Shown: positions 11,801 through 26,800 of the stretch, one piece after another
Layout of the letters: the number at the start of each line of letters is the position of its first letter
Numbering within the stretch: the stretch's first letter is position 1
Source of the DNA: Nemertoderma westbladi
Taxonomy: Eukaryota > Animalia > Xenacoelomorpha
DNA length: 64,000 nt
Direction: 5' to 3'
NCBI GenBank assembly: GCA_032718475.1
Contig: JAUCBJ010003650.1
Location: forward strand, 62,001 to 126,000
Position numbers and translations under genes: made by a program
The notes under the pieces: generated by a model
Seen by the model: the letters and a program-made list of their open reading frames with translations, nothing else
The model's database searches: none
Told to the model about the DNA's origin: nothing

Positions 11801-14800
11801 ATATTGGGTAGGAGTAGATGGGAGGGACTGGTACAGCAAACTCACTTACAATAGATAAAGTTAAAGTATATTGGGTAGGAGTAGATGGGAGGGACTGGTA
11901 CAGCAAACTCACCTACAATAGATAAAGTTAAAGTATATTGGGTAGGAGTAGATGGGAGGGACTGGTACAGCAAACTCACCTACAATAGATAAAGTTAAAG
12001 TATATTGGGTAGGATGTAGATGGGAGGGACTGGTACAGCAAACTCACCTACAATAGATAAAGTTTAAGTATATTGGGTAGGAGTAGATGGGAGGGACTGG
12101 TACAGCAAACTCACCTACAATAGATAAAGTTAAAGTATATTGGGTAGGAGTAGATGGGTGGGACTGGTACAGCAAACTCACCTACAATAGGGAGATAAAG
12201 TTAAAGTATATTGGGTGGGAGTAGATGGGAGGGACTGGTACAGCAAACTCACCTACAATAGATAAAGTTAAAGTATATTGGGTAGGAGTAGATGGGAGGG
12301 ACTGGTACAGCAAACTCACCTACAATAGGGAGATAAAGTTAAAGTATATTGGGTGGGAGTAGATGGGAGGGACTGGTACAGCAAACTCACCTACAATAGA
12401 TAAAGTTAAACTATATTGGGTAGGAGTAGATGGGAGGGACTGGTACAGCAAACTCACCTACAATAGATAAAGTTAAAGTATATTGGGTAGGAGTAGATGG
12501 GAGGGACTGGTACAGCAAACTCACCTACAATAGGGAGATAAAGTTAAAGTATATTGGGTGGGAGTAGATGGGAGGGACTGGTACAGCAAACTCACCTACA
12601 ATAGATAAAGTTAAAGTATATTGGGTAGGAGTAGATGGGAGGGACTGGTACAGCAAACTCACCTACAATAGGGAGATAAAGTTAAAGTATATTGGGTGGG
12701 AGTAGATGGGAGGGACTGGTACAGCAAACTCACCTACAATAGATAAAGTTAAAGTATATTGGGTAGGAGTAGATGGGAGGGACTGGTACAGCAAACTCAC
12801 CTACAATAGATAAAGTTAAAGTATATTGGGTAGGAGTAGATGGGAGGGACTGGTACAGCAAACTCACCTACAATAGATAAAGTTAAAGTATATTGGGTAG
12901 GAGTAGATGGGAGGGACTGGTACAGCAAACTCACCTACAATAGATAAAGTTAAAGTATATTGGGTAGGAGTAGATGGGAGGGACTGGTACAGCAAACTCA
13001 CCTACAATAGATAAAGTTAAAGTATATTGGGTAGGAGTAGATGGGAGGGACTGGTACAGCAAACTCACCTACAATAGATAAAGTTAAAGTATATTGGGTA
13101 GGAGTAGATGGGAGGGACTGGTACAGCAAACTCACCTACAATAGATAAAGTTAAAGTATATTGGGTAGGAGTAGATGGGAGGGACTGGTACAGCAAACTC
13201 ACCTACAATAGATAAAGTTAAAGTATATTGGGTAGGAGTAGATGGGAGGGACTGGTACAGCAAACTCACCTACAATAGATAAAGTTAAAGTATATTGGGT
13301 AGGAGTAGATGGGAGGGACTGGTACAGCAAACTCACCTACAATAGATAAAGTTAAAGTATATTGGGTAGGAGTAGATGGGAGGGACTGGTACAGCAAACT
13401 CACCTACAATAGATAAAGTTAAAGTATATTGGGTAGGAGTAGATGGGAGGGACTGGTACAGCAAACTCACCTACAATAGATAAAGTTAAAGTATATTGGG
13501 TAGGAGTAGATGGGAGGGACTGGTACAGCAAACTCACCTACAATAGATAAAGTTAAAGTATATTGGGTAGGAGTAGATGGGAGGGACTGGTACAGCAAAC
13601 TCACCTACAATAGATAAAGTTAAAGTATATTGGGTAGGAGTAGATGGGAGGGACTGGTACAGCAAACTCACCTACAATAGATAAAGTTAAAGTATATTGG
13701 GTAGGAGTAGATGGGAGGGACTGGTACAGCAAACTCACCTACAATAGATAAAGTTAAAGTATATTGGGTAGGAGTAGATGGGAGGGACTGGTACAGCAAA
13801 CTCACCTACAATAGATAAAGTTAAAGTATATTGGGTAGGAGTAGATGGGAGGGACTGGTACAGCAAACTCACCTACAATAGATAAAGTTAAAGTATATTG
13901 GGTAGGAGTAGATGGGAGGGACTGGTACAGCAAACTCACCTACAATAGATAAAGTTAAAGTATATTGGGTAGGAGTAGATGGGAGGGACTGGTACAGCAA
14001 ACTCACCTACAATAGATAAAGTTAAAGTATATTGGGTAGGAGTAGATGGGAGGGACTGGTACAGCAAACTCACCTACAATAGATAAAGTTAAAGTATATT
14101 GGGTAGGAGTAGATGGGAGGGACTGGTACAGCAAACTCACCTACAATAGATAAAGTTAAAGTATATTGGGTAGGAGTAGATGGGAGGGACTGGTACAGCA
14201 AACTCACCTACAATAGATAAAGTTAAAGTATATTGGGTAGGAGTAGATGGGAGGGACTGGTACAGCAAACTCACCTACAATAGATAAAGTTAAAGTATAT
14301 TGGGTAGGAGTAGATGGGAGGGACTGGTACAGCAAACTCACCTACAATAGATAAAGTTAAAGTATATTGGGTAGGAGTAGATGGGAGGGACTGGTACAGC
14401 AAACTCACCTACAATAGATAAAGTTAAAGTATATTGGGTAGGAGTAGATGGGAGGGACTGGTACAGCAAACTCACCTACAATAGATAAAGTTAAAGTATA
14501 TTGGGTAGGAGTAGATGGGAGGGACTGGTACAGCAAACTCACCTACAATAGATAAAGTTAAAGTATATTGGGTAGGAGTAGATGGGAGGGACTGGTACAG
14601 CAAACTCACCTACAATAGATAAAGTTAAAGTATATTGGGTAGGAGTAGATGGGAGGGACTGGTACAGCAAACTCACCTACAATAGATAAAGTTAAAGTAT
14701 ATTGGGTAGGAGTAGATGGGAGGGACTGGTACAGCAAACTCACCTACAATAGATAAAGTTAAAGTATATTGGGTAGGAGTAGATGGGAGGGACTGGTACA

Positions 14801-17800
14801 GCAAACTCACCTACAATAGATAAAGTTAAAGTATATTGGGTAGGAGTAGATGGGAGGGACTGGTACAGCAAACTCACCTACAATAGATAAAGTTAAAGTA
14901 TATTGGGTAGGAGTAGATGGGAGGGACTGGTACAGCAAACTCACCTACAATAGATAAAGTTAAAGTATATTGGGTAGGAGTAGATGGGAGGGACTGGTAC
15001 AGCAAACTCACCTACAATAGATAAAGTTAAAGTATATTGGGTAGGAGTAGATGGGAGGGACTGGTACAGCAAACTCACCTACAATAGATAAAGTTAAAGT
15101 ATATTGGGTAGGAGTAGATGGGAGGGACTGGTACAGCAAACTCACTTACAATAGGAGATAAAGTTAAAGTATATTGGGTAGGAGTAGATGGGAGGGACTG
15201 GTACAGCAAACTCACCTACAATAGATAAAGTTAAAGTATATTGGGTAGGATGTAGATGGGAGGGACTGGTACAGCAAACTCACCTACAATAGATAAAGTT
15301 AAAGTATATTGGGTAGGAGTAGATGGGAGGGACTGGTACAGCAAACTCACTTACAATAGATAAAGTTAAAGTATATTGGGTAGGAGTAGATGGGAGGGAC
15401 TGGTACAGCAAACTCACCTACAATAGATAAAGTTAAAGTATATTGGGTAGGAGTAGATGGGAGGGACTGGTACAGCAAACTCACCTACAATAGATAAAGT
15501 TAAAGTATATTGGGTAGGAGTAGATGGGAGGGACTGGTACAGCAAACTCACCTACAATAGGGAGATAAAGTTAAAGTATATTGGGTAGGAGTAGATGGGA
15601 GGGACTGGTACAGCAAACTCACCTACAATAGATAAAGTTAAAGTATATTGGGTAGGAGTAGATGGGAGGGACTGGTACAGCAAACTCACCTACAATAGAT
15701 AAAGTTAAAGTATATTGGGTAGGAGTAGATGGGTGGGACTGGTACAGCAAACTCACCTACAATAGGGAGATAAAGTTAAAGTATATTGGGTAGGAGTAGA
15801 TGGGAGGGACTGGTACAGCAAACTCACCTACAATAGATAAAGTTAAAGTATATTGGGTAGGAGTAGATGGGAGGGACTGGTACAGCAAACTCACCTACAA
15901 TAGATAAAGTTAAAGTATATTGAGTAGGAGTAGATGGGAGGGACTGGTACAGCAAACTCACCTACAATAGGGAGATAAAGTTAAAGTATATTGGGTAGGA
16001 GTAGATGGGAGGGACTGGTACAGCAAACTCACCTACAATAGATAAAGTTAAAGTATATTGGGTAGGAGTAGATGGGAGGGACTGGTACAGCAAACTCACC
16101 TACAATAGATAAAGTTAAAGTATATTGGGTAGGAGTAGATGGGAGGGACTGGTACAGCAAACTCACCTACAATATATAAAGTTAAAGTATATTGGGTAGG
16201 AGTAGATGGGAGGGACTGGTACAGCAAACTCACCTACAATAGATAAAGTTAAAGTATATTGGGTAGGAGTAGATGGGAGGGACTGGTACAGCAAACTCAC
16301 CTACAATAGATAAAGTTAAAGTATATTGGGTGGGAGTAAATGGTTGGGACTGGTACAGCAAACTCACCTACAATAGATAAAGTTAAAGTATATTGGGTAG
16401 GAGTAGATGGGAGGGACTGGTACAGCAAACTCACCTACAATAGATAAAGTTAAAGTATATTGGGTAGGAGTAGATGGGTGGGACTGGTACAGCAAACTCA
16501 CCTACAATAGATAAAGTTAAAGTATATTGGGTAGGAGTAGATGGGAGGGACTGGTACAGCAAACTCACCTACAATAGATAAAGTTAAAGTATATTGGGTA
16601 GGAGTAGATGGGAGGGACTGGTACAGCAAACTCACCTACAATAGATAAAGTTAAAGTATATTGGGTAGGAGTAGATGGGAGGGACTGGTACAGCAAACTC
16701 ACTTACAATAGATAAAGTTAAAGTATATTGGGTAGGAGTAGATGGGAGGGACTGGTACAGCAAACTCACCTACAATAGATAAAGTTAAAGTATATTGGGT
16801 AGGAGTAGATGGGAGGGACTGGTACAGCAAACTCACCTACAATAGATAAAGTTAAAGTATATTGGGTAGGAGTAGATGGGTGGGACTGGTACAGCAAACT
16901 CACCTACAATAGATAAAGTTAAAGTATATTGGGTAGGAGTAGATGGTTGGGACTACAGCAAACTCACCTACAATAGGGAGATAAAGTTAAAGTATATTGG
17001 GTAGGAGTAGATGGGAGGGACTGGTACAGCAAACTCACCTACAATAGATAAAGTTAAAGTATATTGGGTAGGAGTAGATGGGAGGGACTGGTACAGCAAA
17101 CTCACCTACAATAGATAAAGTTAAAGTATATTGGGTAGGAGTAGATGGGAGGGACTGGTACAGCAAACTCACCTACAATAGATAAAGTTAAAGTATATTG
17201 GGTAGGAGTAGATGGGAGGGACTGGTACAGCAAACTCACCTACAATAGGGAGATAAAGTTAAAGTATATTGGGTAGAAGTAGATGGGAGGGACTGGTACA
17301 GCAAACTCACCTACAATAGATAAAGTTAAAGTATATTGGGTAGAAGTAGATGGGAGGGACTGGTACAGCAAACTCACCTACAATAGATAAAGTTAAAGTA
17401 TATTGGGTAGGAGTAGATGGGAGGGACTGGTACAGCAAACTCACCTACAATATATAAAGTTAAAGTATATTGGGTAGAAGTAGATGGGAGGGACTGGTAC
17501 AGCAAACTCACCTACAATAGATAAAGTTAAAGTATATTGGGTAGGAGTAGATGGTTGGGACTACAGCAAACTCACCTACAATAGGGAGATAAAGTTAAAG
17601 TATATTGGGTAGGAGTAGATGGGAGGGACTGGTACAGCAAACTCACCTACAATAGATAAAGTTAAAGTATATTGGGTAGGAGTAGATGGTTGGGACTACA
17701 GCAAACTCACCTACAATAGATAAAGTTAAAGTATATTGGGTAGGAGTAGATGGTTGGGACTACAGCAAACTCACCTACAATAGGGAGATAAAGTTAAAGT

Positions 17801-20800
17801 ATATTGGGTAGGAGTAGATGGGAGGGACTGGTACAGCAAACTCACCTACAATATATAAAGTTAAAGTATATTGGGTAGAAGTAGATGGGAGGGACTGGTA
17901 CAGCAAACTCACCTACAATAGATAAAGTTAAAGTATATTGGGTAGGAGTAGATGGTTGGGACTACAGCAAACTCACCTACAATAGGGAGATAAAGTTAAA
18001 GTATATTGGGTAGGAGTAGATGGGAGGGACTGGTACAGCAAACTCACCTACAATAGATAAAGTTAAAGTATATTGGGTAGGAGTAGATGGTTGGGACTAC
18101 AGCAAACTCACCTACAATAGATAAAGTTAAAGTATATTGGGTGGGAGTAGATGGGAGGGACTGGTACAGCAAACTCACCTACAATAGATAAAGTTAAAGT
18201 ATATTGGGTAGGAGTAGATGGGTGGGACTGGTACAGCAAACTCACCTACAATAGATAAAGTTAAAGTATATTGGGTAGGAGTAGATGGGAGGGACTGGTA
18301 CAGCAAACTCACCTACAATGGGGAGATAAAGTTAAAGTATATTGGGTAGGAGTAGATGGTTGGGACTACAGCAAACTCACCTACAATAGGGAGATAAAGT
18401 TAAAGTATATTGGGTAGGAGTAGATGGGAGGGACTGGTACAGCAAACTCACCTACAATAGATAAAGTTAAAGTATATTGGGTAGGAGTAGATGGTTGGGA
18501 CTACAGCAAACTCACCTACAATAGATAAAGTTAAAGTATATTGGGTGGGAGTAGATGGGAGGGACTGGTACAGCAAACTCACCTACAATAGATAAAGTTA
18601 AAGTATATTGGGTAGGAGTAGATGGGTGGGACTGGTACAGCAAACTCACCTACAATAGATAAAGTTAAAGTATATTGGGTAGGAGTAGATGGGAGGGACT
18701 GGTACAGCAAACTCACCTACAATAGATAAAGTTAAAGTATATTGGGTAGGAGTAGATGGGAGGGACTGGTACAGCAAACTCACCTACAATAGATAAAGTT
18801 AAAGTATATTGGGTAGGAGTAGATGGGAGGGACTGGTACAGCAAACTCACCTACAATAGATAAAGTTAAAGTATATTGGGTAGGAGTAGATGGGTGGGAC
18901 TGGTACAGCAAACTCACCTACAATAGATAAAGTTAAAGTATATTGGGTAGGAGTAGATGGGAGGGACTGGTACAGCAAACTCACCTACAATAGATAAAGT
19001 TAAAGTATATTGGGTAGGAGTAGATGGGAGGGACTGGTACAGCAAACTCACCTACAATAGATAAAGTTAAAGTATATTGGGTATGAGTAGATGGGTGGGA
19101 CTGGTACAGCAAACTCACCTACAATAGGGAGATAAAGTTAAAGTATATTGGGTAGGAGTAGATGGGAGGGACTGGTACAGCAAACTCACCTACAATAGAT
19201 AAAGTTAAAGTATATTGGGTAGGAGTAGATGGGAGGGACTGGTACAGCAAACTCACCTACAATAGATAAAGTTAAAGTATATTGGGTAGGAGTAGATGGG
19301 AGGGACTGGTACAGCAAACTCACCTACAATAGATAAAGTTAAAGTATATTGGGTAGGAGTAGATGGGAGGGACTGGTACAGCAAACTCACCTACAATAGA
19401 TAAAGTTAAAGTATATTGGGTAGGAGTAGATGGTTGGGACTACAGCAAACTCACCTACAATAGGGAGATAAAGTTAAAGTATATTGGGTAGGAGTAGATG
19501 GGAGGGACTGGTACAGCAAACTCACCTACAATAGATAAAGTTAAAGTATATTGGGTAGGAGTAGATGGTTGGGACTACAGCAAACTCACCTACAATAGAT
19601 AAAGTTAAAGTATATTGGGTGGGAGTAGATGGGAGGGACTGGTACAGCAAACTCACCTACAATAGATAAAGTTAAAGTATATTGGGTAGGAGTAGATGGG
19701 TGGGACTGGTACAGCAAACTCACCTACAATGGGGAGATAAAGTTAAAGTATATTGGGTAGGAGTAGATGGGAGGGACTGGTGAGGAACTGGTACAGCAAA
19801 CTCACCTACAATAGATAAAGTTAAAGTATATTGGGTGGGAGTAGATGGGTGGGACTGGTACAGCAAACTCACCTACAATAGATAAAGTTAAAGTATATTG
19901 GGTAGGAGTAGATGGGTGGGACTGGTACAGCAAACTCACCTACAATGGGGAGATAAAGTTAAAGTATATTGGGTAGGAGTAGATGGGAGGGACTGGTACA
20001 GCAAACTCACCTACAATAGATAAAGTTAAAGTATATTGGGTAGGAGTAGATGGGTGGGACTGGTACAGCAAGCTCACCTACAATGGGGAGATAAAGTTAA
20101 AGTATATTGGGTAGGAGTAGATGGGAGGGACTGGTACAGCAAACTCACCTACAATAGATAAAGTTAAAGTATATTGGGTAGGAGTAGATGGGAGGGACTG
20201 GTACAGCAAACTCACTTACAATAGATAAAGTTAAAGTATATTGGGTAGGAGTAGATGGGAGGGACTGGTACAGCAAACTCACCTACAATAGATAAAGTTA
20301 AAGTATATTGGGTAGGAGTAGATGGGAGGGACTGGTACAGCAAACTCACCTACAATAGATAAAGTTAAAGTATATTGGGTAGGAGTAGATGGGAGGGACT
20401 GGTACAGCAAACTCACCTACAATAGATAAAGTTAAAGTATATTGGGTAGGAGTAGATGGGAGGGACTGGTACAGCAAACTCACCTACAATAGATAAAGTT
20501 AAAGTATATTGGGTAGGAGTAGATGGGAGGGACTGGTACAGCAAACTCACCTACAATAGATAAAGTTAAAGTATATTGGGTAGGAGTAGATGGTTGGGAC
20601 TACAGCAAACTCACCTACAATAGGGAGATAAAGTTAAAGTATATTGGGTAGGAGTAGATGGGAGGGACTGGTACAGCAAACTCACCTACAATAGATAAAG
20701 TTAAAGTATATTGGGTAGGAGTAGATGGTTGGGCCTACAGCAAACTCACCTACAATAGATAAAGTTAAAGTATATTGGGTGGGAGTAGATGGGAGGGACT

Positions 20801-23800
20801 GGTACAGCAAACTCACCTACAATAGATAAAGTTAAAGTATATTGGGTAGGAGTAGATGGGTGGGACTGGTACAGCAAACTCACCTACAATGGGGAGATAA
20901 AGTTAAAGTATATTGGGTAGGAGTAGATGGGAGGGACTGGTGAGGAACTGGTACAGCAAACTCACCTACAATAGATAAAGTTAAAGTATATTGGGTGGGA
21001 GTAGATGGGTGGGACTGGTACAGCAAACTCACCTACAATAGATAAAGTTAAAGTATATTGGGTAGGAGTAGATGGGAGGGACTGGTACAGCAAACTCACC
21101 TACAATAGATAAAGTTAAAGTATATTGGGTAGGAGTAGATGGGTGGGACTGGTACAGCAAACTCACCTACAATGGGGAGATAAAGTTAAAGTATATTGGG
21201 TAGGAGTAGATGGGAGGGACTGGTGAGGAACTGGTACAGCAAACTCACCTACAATAGATAAAGTTAAAGTATATTGGGTAGGAGTAGATGGGTGGGACTG
21301 GTACAGCAAACTCACCTACAATAGGGAGATAAAGTTAAAGTATATTGGGTAGGAGTAGATGGGAGGGACTGGTACAGCAAACTCACCTACAATAGATAAA
21401 GTTAAAGTATATTGGGTAGGAGTAGATGGGAGGGACTGGTACAGCAAACTCACCTACAATAGATAAAGTTAAAGTATATTGGGTAGGAGTAGATGGGAGG
21501 GACTGGTACAGCAAACTCACCTACAATAGATAAAGTTAAAGTATATTGGGTAGGAGTAGATGGGAGGGACTGGTACAGCAAACTCACCTACAATAGATAA
21601 AGTTAAAGTATATTGGGTAGGAGTAGATGGGAGGGACTGGTACAGCAAACTCACCTACAATAGATAAAGTTAAAGTATATTGGGTAGGAGTAGATGGGAG
21701 GGACTGGTACAGCAAACTCACCTACAATAGATAAAGTTAAAGTATATTGGGTAGGAGTAGATGGGAGGGACTGGTACAGCAAACTCACCTACAATAGATA
21801 AAGTTAAAGTATATTGGGTAGGAGTAGATGGGAGGGACTGGTACAGCAAACTCACCTACAATAGGGAGATAAAGTTAAAGTATATTGGGTAGGAGTAGAT
21901 GGGAGGGACTGGTACAGCAAACTCACCTACAATAGATAAAGTTAAAGTATATTGGGTAGGAGTAGATGGGAGGGACTGCTACAGCAAGCTCACCTACAAT
22001 AGATAAAGTTAAATTATATTGGGTGGGAGTAGATGGTTGGGACTGGTAGAGCAAACTCACCTACAATAGGGAGATAAAGTTAAAGTATATTGGGTAGGAG
22101 TAGATGGGAGGGACTGGTACAGCAAACTCACCAACAATAGATTAAGTTAAATTATATTGGGTGGGAGTAGATGGGAGGGACTGGTACAGCAAACTCACCT
22201 ACAATAGATAAAGTTAAAGTATATTGGGTAGGAGTAGATGGGAGGGACTGGTACAGCAAACTCACCAACAATAGATTAAGTTAAATTATATTGGGTGGGA
22301 GTAGATGGGAGGGACTGGTACAGCAAACTCACCTACAATAGATAAAGTTAAAGTATATTGGGTAGGAGTAGATGGGAGGGACTGGTACAGCAAACTCACC
22401 TACAATAGATAAAGTTAAAGTATATTGGGTAGGAGTAGATGGGAGGGACTGGTACAGCAAACTCACCTACAATAGATAAAGTTAAAGTATATTGGGTAGG
22501 AGTAGATGGGAGGGACTGCTACAGCAAGCTCACCTACAATAGATAAAGTTAAATTATATTGGGTGGGAGTAGATGGTTGGGACTGGTAGAGCAAACTCAC
22601 CTACAATAGGGAGATAAAGTTAAAGTATATTGGGTAGGAGTAGATGGGAGGGACTGGTACAGCAAACTCACCAACAATAGATTAAGTTAAAGTATATTGG
22701 GTAGGAGTAGATGGGAGGGACTGGTACAGCAAACTCACCTACAATAGATAAAGTTAAAGTATATTGGGTGGGAGTAGATGGGAGGGACTGGTACAGCAAA
22801 CTCACCTACAATAGGGAGATAAAGTTTAAAGTATATTGTGTAGGAGTAGATGGGAGGGACTGGTACAGCAAACTCACCTACAATAGGGAGATAAAGTTAA
22901 AGTATATTGGGTAGGAGTAGATGGGAGGGACTGGTACAGCAAACTCACCTACAATAGGGAGATAAAGTTAAAGTATATTGGGTAGGAGTAGATGGGAGGG
23001 ACTGGTACAGCAAACTCACCTACAATAGATAAAGTTAAATTATATTGGGTGGGAGTAGATGGGAGGGACTGGTACAGCAAACTCACCTACAATAGATAAA
23101 GTTAAATTATATTGGGTGGGAGTAGATGGGAGGGACTGGTACAGCAAACTCACCTACAATAGGGAGATAAAGTTAAAGTATATTGGGTAGGAGTAGATGG
23201 GAGGGACTGGTACAGCAAACTCACCTACAATAGATAAAGTTAAATTATATTGGGTGGGAGTAGATGGGAGGGACTGGTACAGCAAACTCACCTACAATAG
23301 GGAGATAAAGTTAAAGTATATTGGGTAGGAGTAGATGGGAGGGACTGGTACAGCAAACTCACCTACAATAGGGAGATAAAGTTAAAGTATATTGGGTAGG
23401 AGTAGATGGGAGGGACTGGTACAGCAAACTCACCTACAATAGATAAAGTTAAAGTATATTGGGTAGGAGTAGATGGGAGGGACTGGTACAGCAAACTCAC
23501 CTACAATAGATAAAGTTAAAGTATATTGGGTAGGAGTAGATGGGAGGGACTGGTACAGCAAACTCACCTACAATAGATAAAGTTAAAGTATATTGGGTAG
23601 GAGTAGATGGGAGGGACTGGTACAGCAAACTCACCTACAATAGATAAAGTTAAAGTATATTGGGTGGGAGTAGATGGGAGGGACTGGTACAGCAAACTCA
23701 CCTACAATAGATAAAGTTAAAGTATATTGGGTAGGAGTAGATGGGAGGGACTGGTACAGCAAACTCACCTACAATAGATAAAGTTAAAGTATATTGGGTA

Positions 23801-26800
23801 GGAGTAGATGGGAGGGACTGGTACAGCAAACTCACCTACAATAGATAAAGTTAAAGTATATTGGGTAGGAGTAGATGGGAGGGACTGGTACAGCAAACTC
23901 ACCTACAATAGATAAAGTTAAAGTATATTGGGTGGGAGTAGATGGGAGGGACTGGTACAGCAAACTCACCTACAATAGGGAGATAAAGTTAAAGTATATT
24001 GGGTAGGAGTAGATGGGAGGGACTGGTACAGCAAACTCACCTACAATAGATAAAGTTAAATTATATTGGGTGGGAGTAGATGGGAGGGACTGGTACAGCA
24101 AACTCACCTACAATAGGGAGATAAAGTTAAAGTATATTGGGTAGGAGTAGATGGGAGGGACTGGTACAGCAAACTCACCTACAATAGGGAGATAAAGTTA
24201 AAGTATATTGGGTAGGAGTAGATGGGAGGGACTGGTACAGCAAACTCACCTACAATAGATAAAGTTAAAGTATATTGGGTAGGAGTAGATGGGAGGGACT
24301 GGTACAGCAAACTCACCTACAATAGATAAAGTTAAAGTATATTGGGTAGGAGTAGATGGGAGGGACTGGTACAGCAAACTCACCTACAATAGATAAAGTT
24401 AAAGTATATTGGGTAGGAGTAGATGGGAGGGACTGGTACAGCAAACTCACCTACAATAGATAAAGTTAAAGTATATTGGGTGGGAGTAGATGGGAGGGAC
24501 TGGTACAGCAAACTCACCTACAATAGATAAAGTTAAAGTATATTGGGTAGGAGTAGATGGGAGGGACTGGTACAGCAAACTCACCTACAATAGATAAAGT
24601 TAAAGTATATTGGGTAGGAGTAGATGGGAGGGACTGGTACAGCAAACTCACCTACAATAGATAAAGTTAAAGTATATTGGGTAGGAGTAGATGGGAGGGA
24701 CTGGTACAGCAAACTCACCTACAATAGATAAAGTTAAAGTATATTGGGTGGGAGTAGATGGGAGGGACTGGTACAGCAAACTCACCTACAATAGATAAAG
24801 TTAAAGTATATTGGGTAGGAGTAGATGGGAGGGACTGGTACAGCAAACTCACCTACAATAGATAAAGTTAAAGTATATTGGGTAGGAGTAGATGGGAGGG
24901 ACTGGTACAGCAAACTCACCTACAATAGGGATATAAAGTTAAATTATATTGGGTAGGAGTAGATGGGAGGGACTGGTACAGCAAACTCACCTACAATAGA
25001 TAAAGTTAAAGTATATTGGGTAGGAGTAGATGGGAGGGACTGGTACAGCAAACTCACCTACAATAGATAAAGTTAAAGTATATTGGGTGGGAGTAGATGG
25101 GAGGGACTGGTACAGCAAACTCACCTACAATAGATAAAGTTAAAGTATATTGGGTAGGAGTAGATGGGAGGGACTGGTACAGCAAACTCACCTACAATAG
25201 ATAAAGTTAAAGTATATTGGGTAGGAGTAGATGGGAGGGACTGGTACAGCAAACTCACCTACAATAGGGATATAAAGTTAAATTATATTGGGTAGGAGTA
25301 GATGGGAGGGACTGGTACAGCAAACTCACCTACAATAGGGAGATAAAGTTAAAGTATATTGGGTGGGAGTAGATGGGAGGGACTGGTACAGCAAACTCAC
25401 CTACAATAGATAAAGTTAAAGTATATTGGGTAGGAGTAGATGGGAGGGACTGGTACAGCAAACTCACCTACAATAGGGATATAAAGTTAAAGTATATTGG
25501 GTAGGAGTAGATGGGAGGGACTGGTACAGCAAACTCACCTACAATAGAGATATAAAGTTAAATTATATTGGGTAGGAGTAGATGGGAGGGACTGGTACAG
25601 CAAACTCACCTACAATAGATAAAGTTAAAGTATATTGGGTAGGAGTAGATGGGAGGGACTGGTACAGCAAACTCACCTACAATAGATAAAGTTAAAGTAT
25701 ATTGGGTAGGAGTAGATGGGAGGGACTGGTACAGCAAACTCACCTACAATAGATAAAGTTAAAGTATATTGGGTAGGAGTAGATGGGAGGGACTGGTACA
25801 GCAAACTCACCTACAATAGATAAAGTTAAAGTATATTGGGTAGGAGTAGATGGGAGGGACTGGTACAGCAAACTCACCTACAACCTAACAGGGAGATAAA
25901 GTTAAAGTATATTGGGTGGGAGTAGATGGGAGGGACTGGTACAGCAAACTCACCTACAATAGATAAAGTTAAAGTATATTGGGTAGGAGTAGATGGGAGG
26001 GACTGGTACAGCAAACTCACCTACAACAGGGAGATAAAGTTAAAGTATATTGGGTGGGAGTAGATGGGAGGGACTGGTACAGCAAACTCACCTACAATAG
26101 ATAAAGTTAAAGTATATTGGGTGGGAGTAGATGGGAGGGACTGGTACAGCAAACTCACCTACAACAGGGAGATAAAGTTAAAGTATATTGGGTGGGAGTA
26201 GATGGGAGGGACTGGTACAGCAAACTCACCTACAATAGATAAAGTTAAATTATATTGGGTGGGAGTAGGTGGGAGGGACTGGTACAGCAAACTCACCTAC
26301 AATAGGGAGATAAAGTTAAAGTATATTGGGTATGAGTAGATGGGAGGGACTGGTACAGCAAACTCACCTACAATAGATAAAGTTAAAGTATATTGGGTAG
26401 GAGTAGATGGGAGGGACTGGTACAGCAAACTCACCTACAATATATAAAGTTAAAGTATATTGGGTAGGAGTAGATGGGAGGGACTGGTACAGCAAACTCA
26501 CCTACAATATATAAAGTTAAAGTATATTGGGTGGGAGTAGATGGGAGGGACTGGTACAGCAAACTCACCTACAATATATAAAGTTAAAGTATATTGGGTA
26601 GGAGTAGATGGGAGGGACTGGTACAGCAAACTCACCTACAATAGATAAAGTTAAAGTATATTGGGTAGGAGTAGATGGGAGGGACTGGTACAGCAAACTC
26701 ACCTACAATAGATAAAGTTAAAGTATATTGGGTAGGAGTAGATGGGTGGGACTGGTACAGAAAACTCACCTACAATAGATAAAGTTAAAGTATATTGGGT

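Noticed and set aside
3600-22914. Short plus-strand ORFs MGGTGTANSPT...
   Set aside because: Translations of the antisense strand of the satellite.
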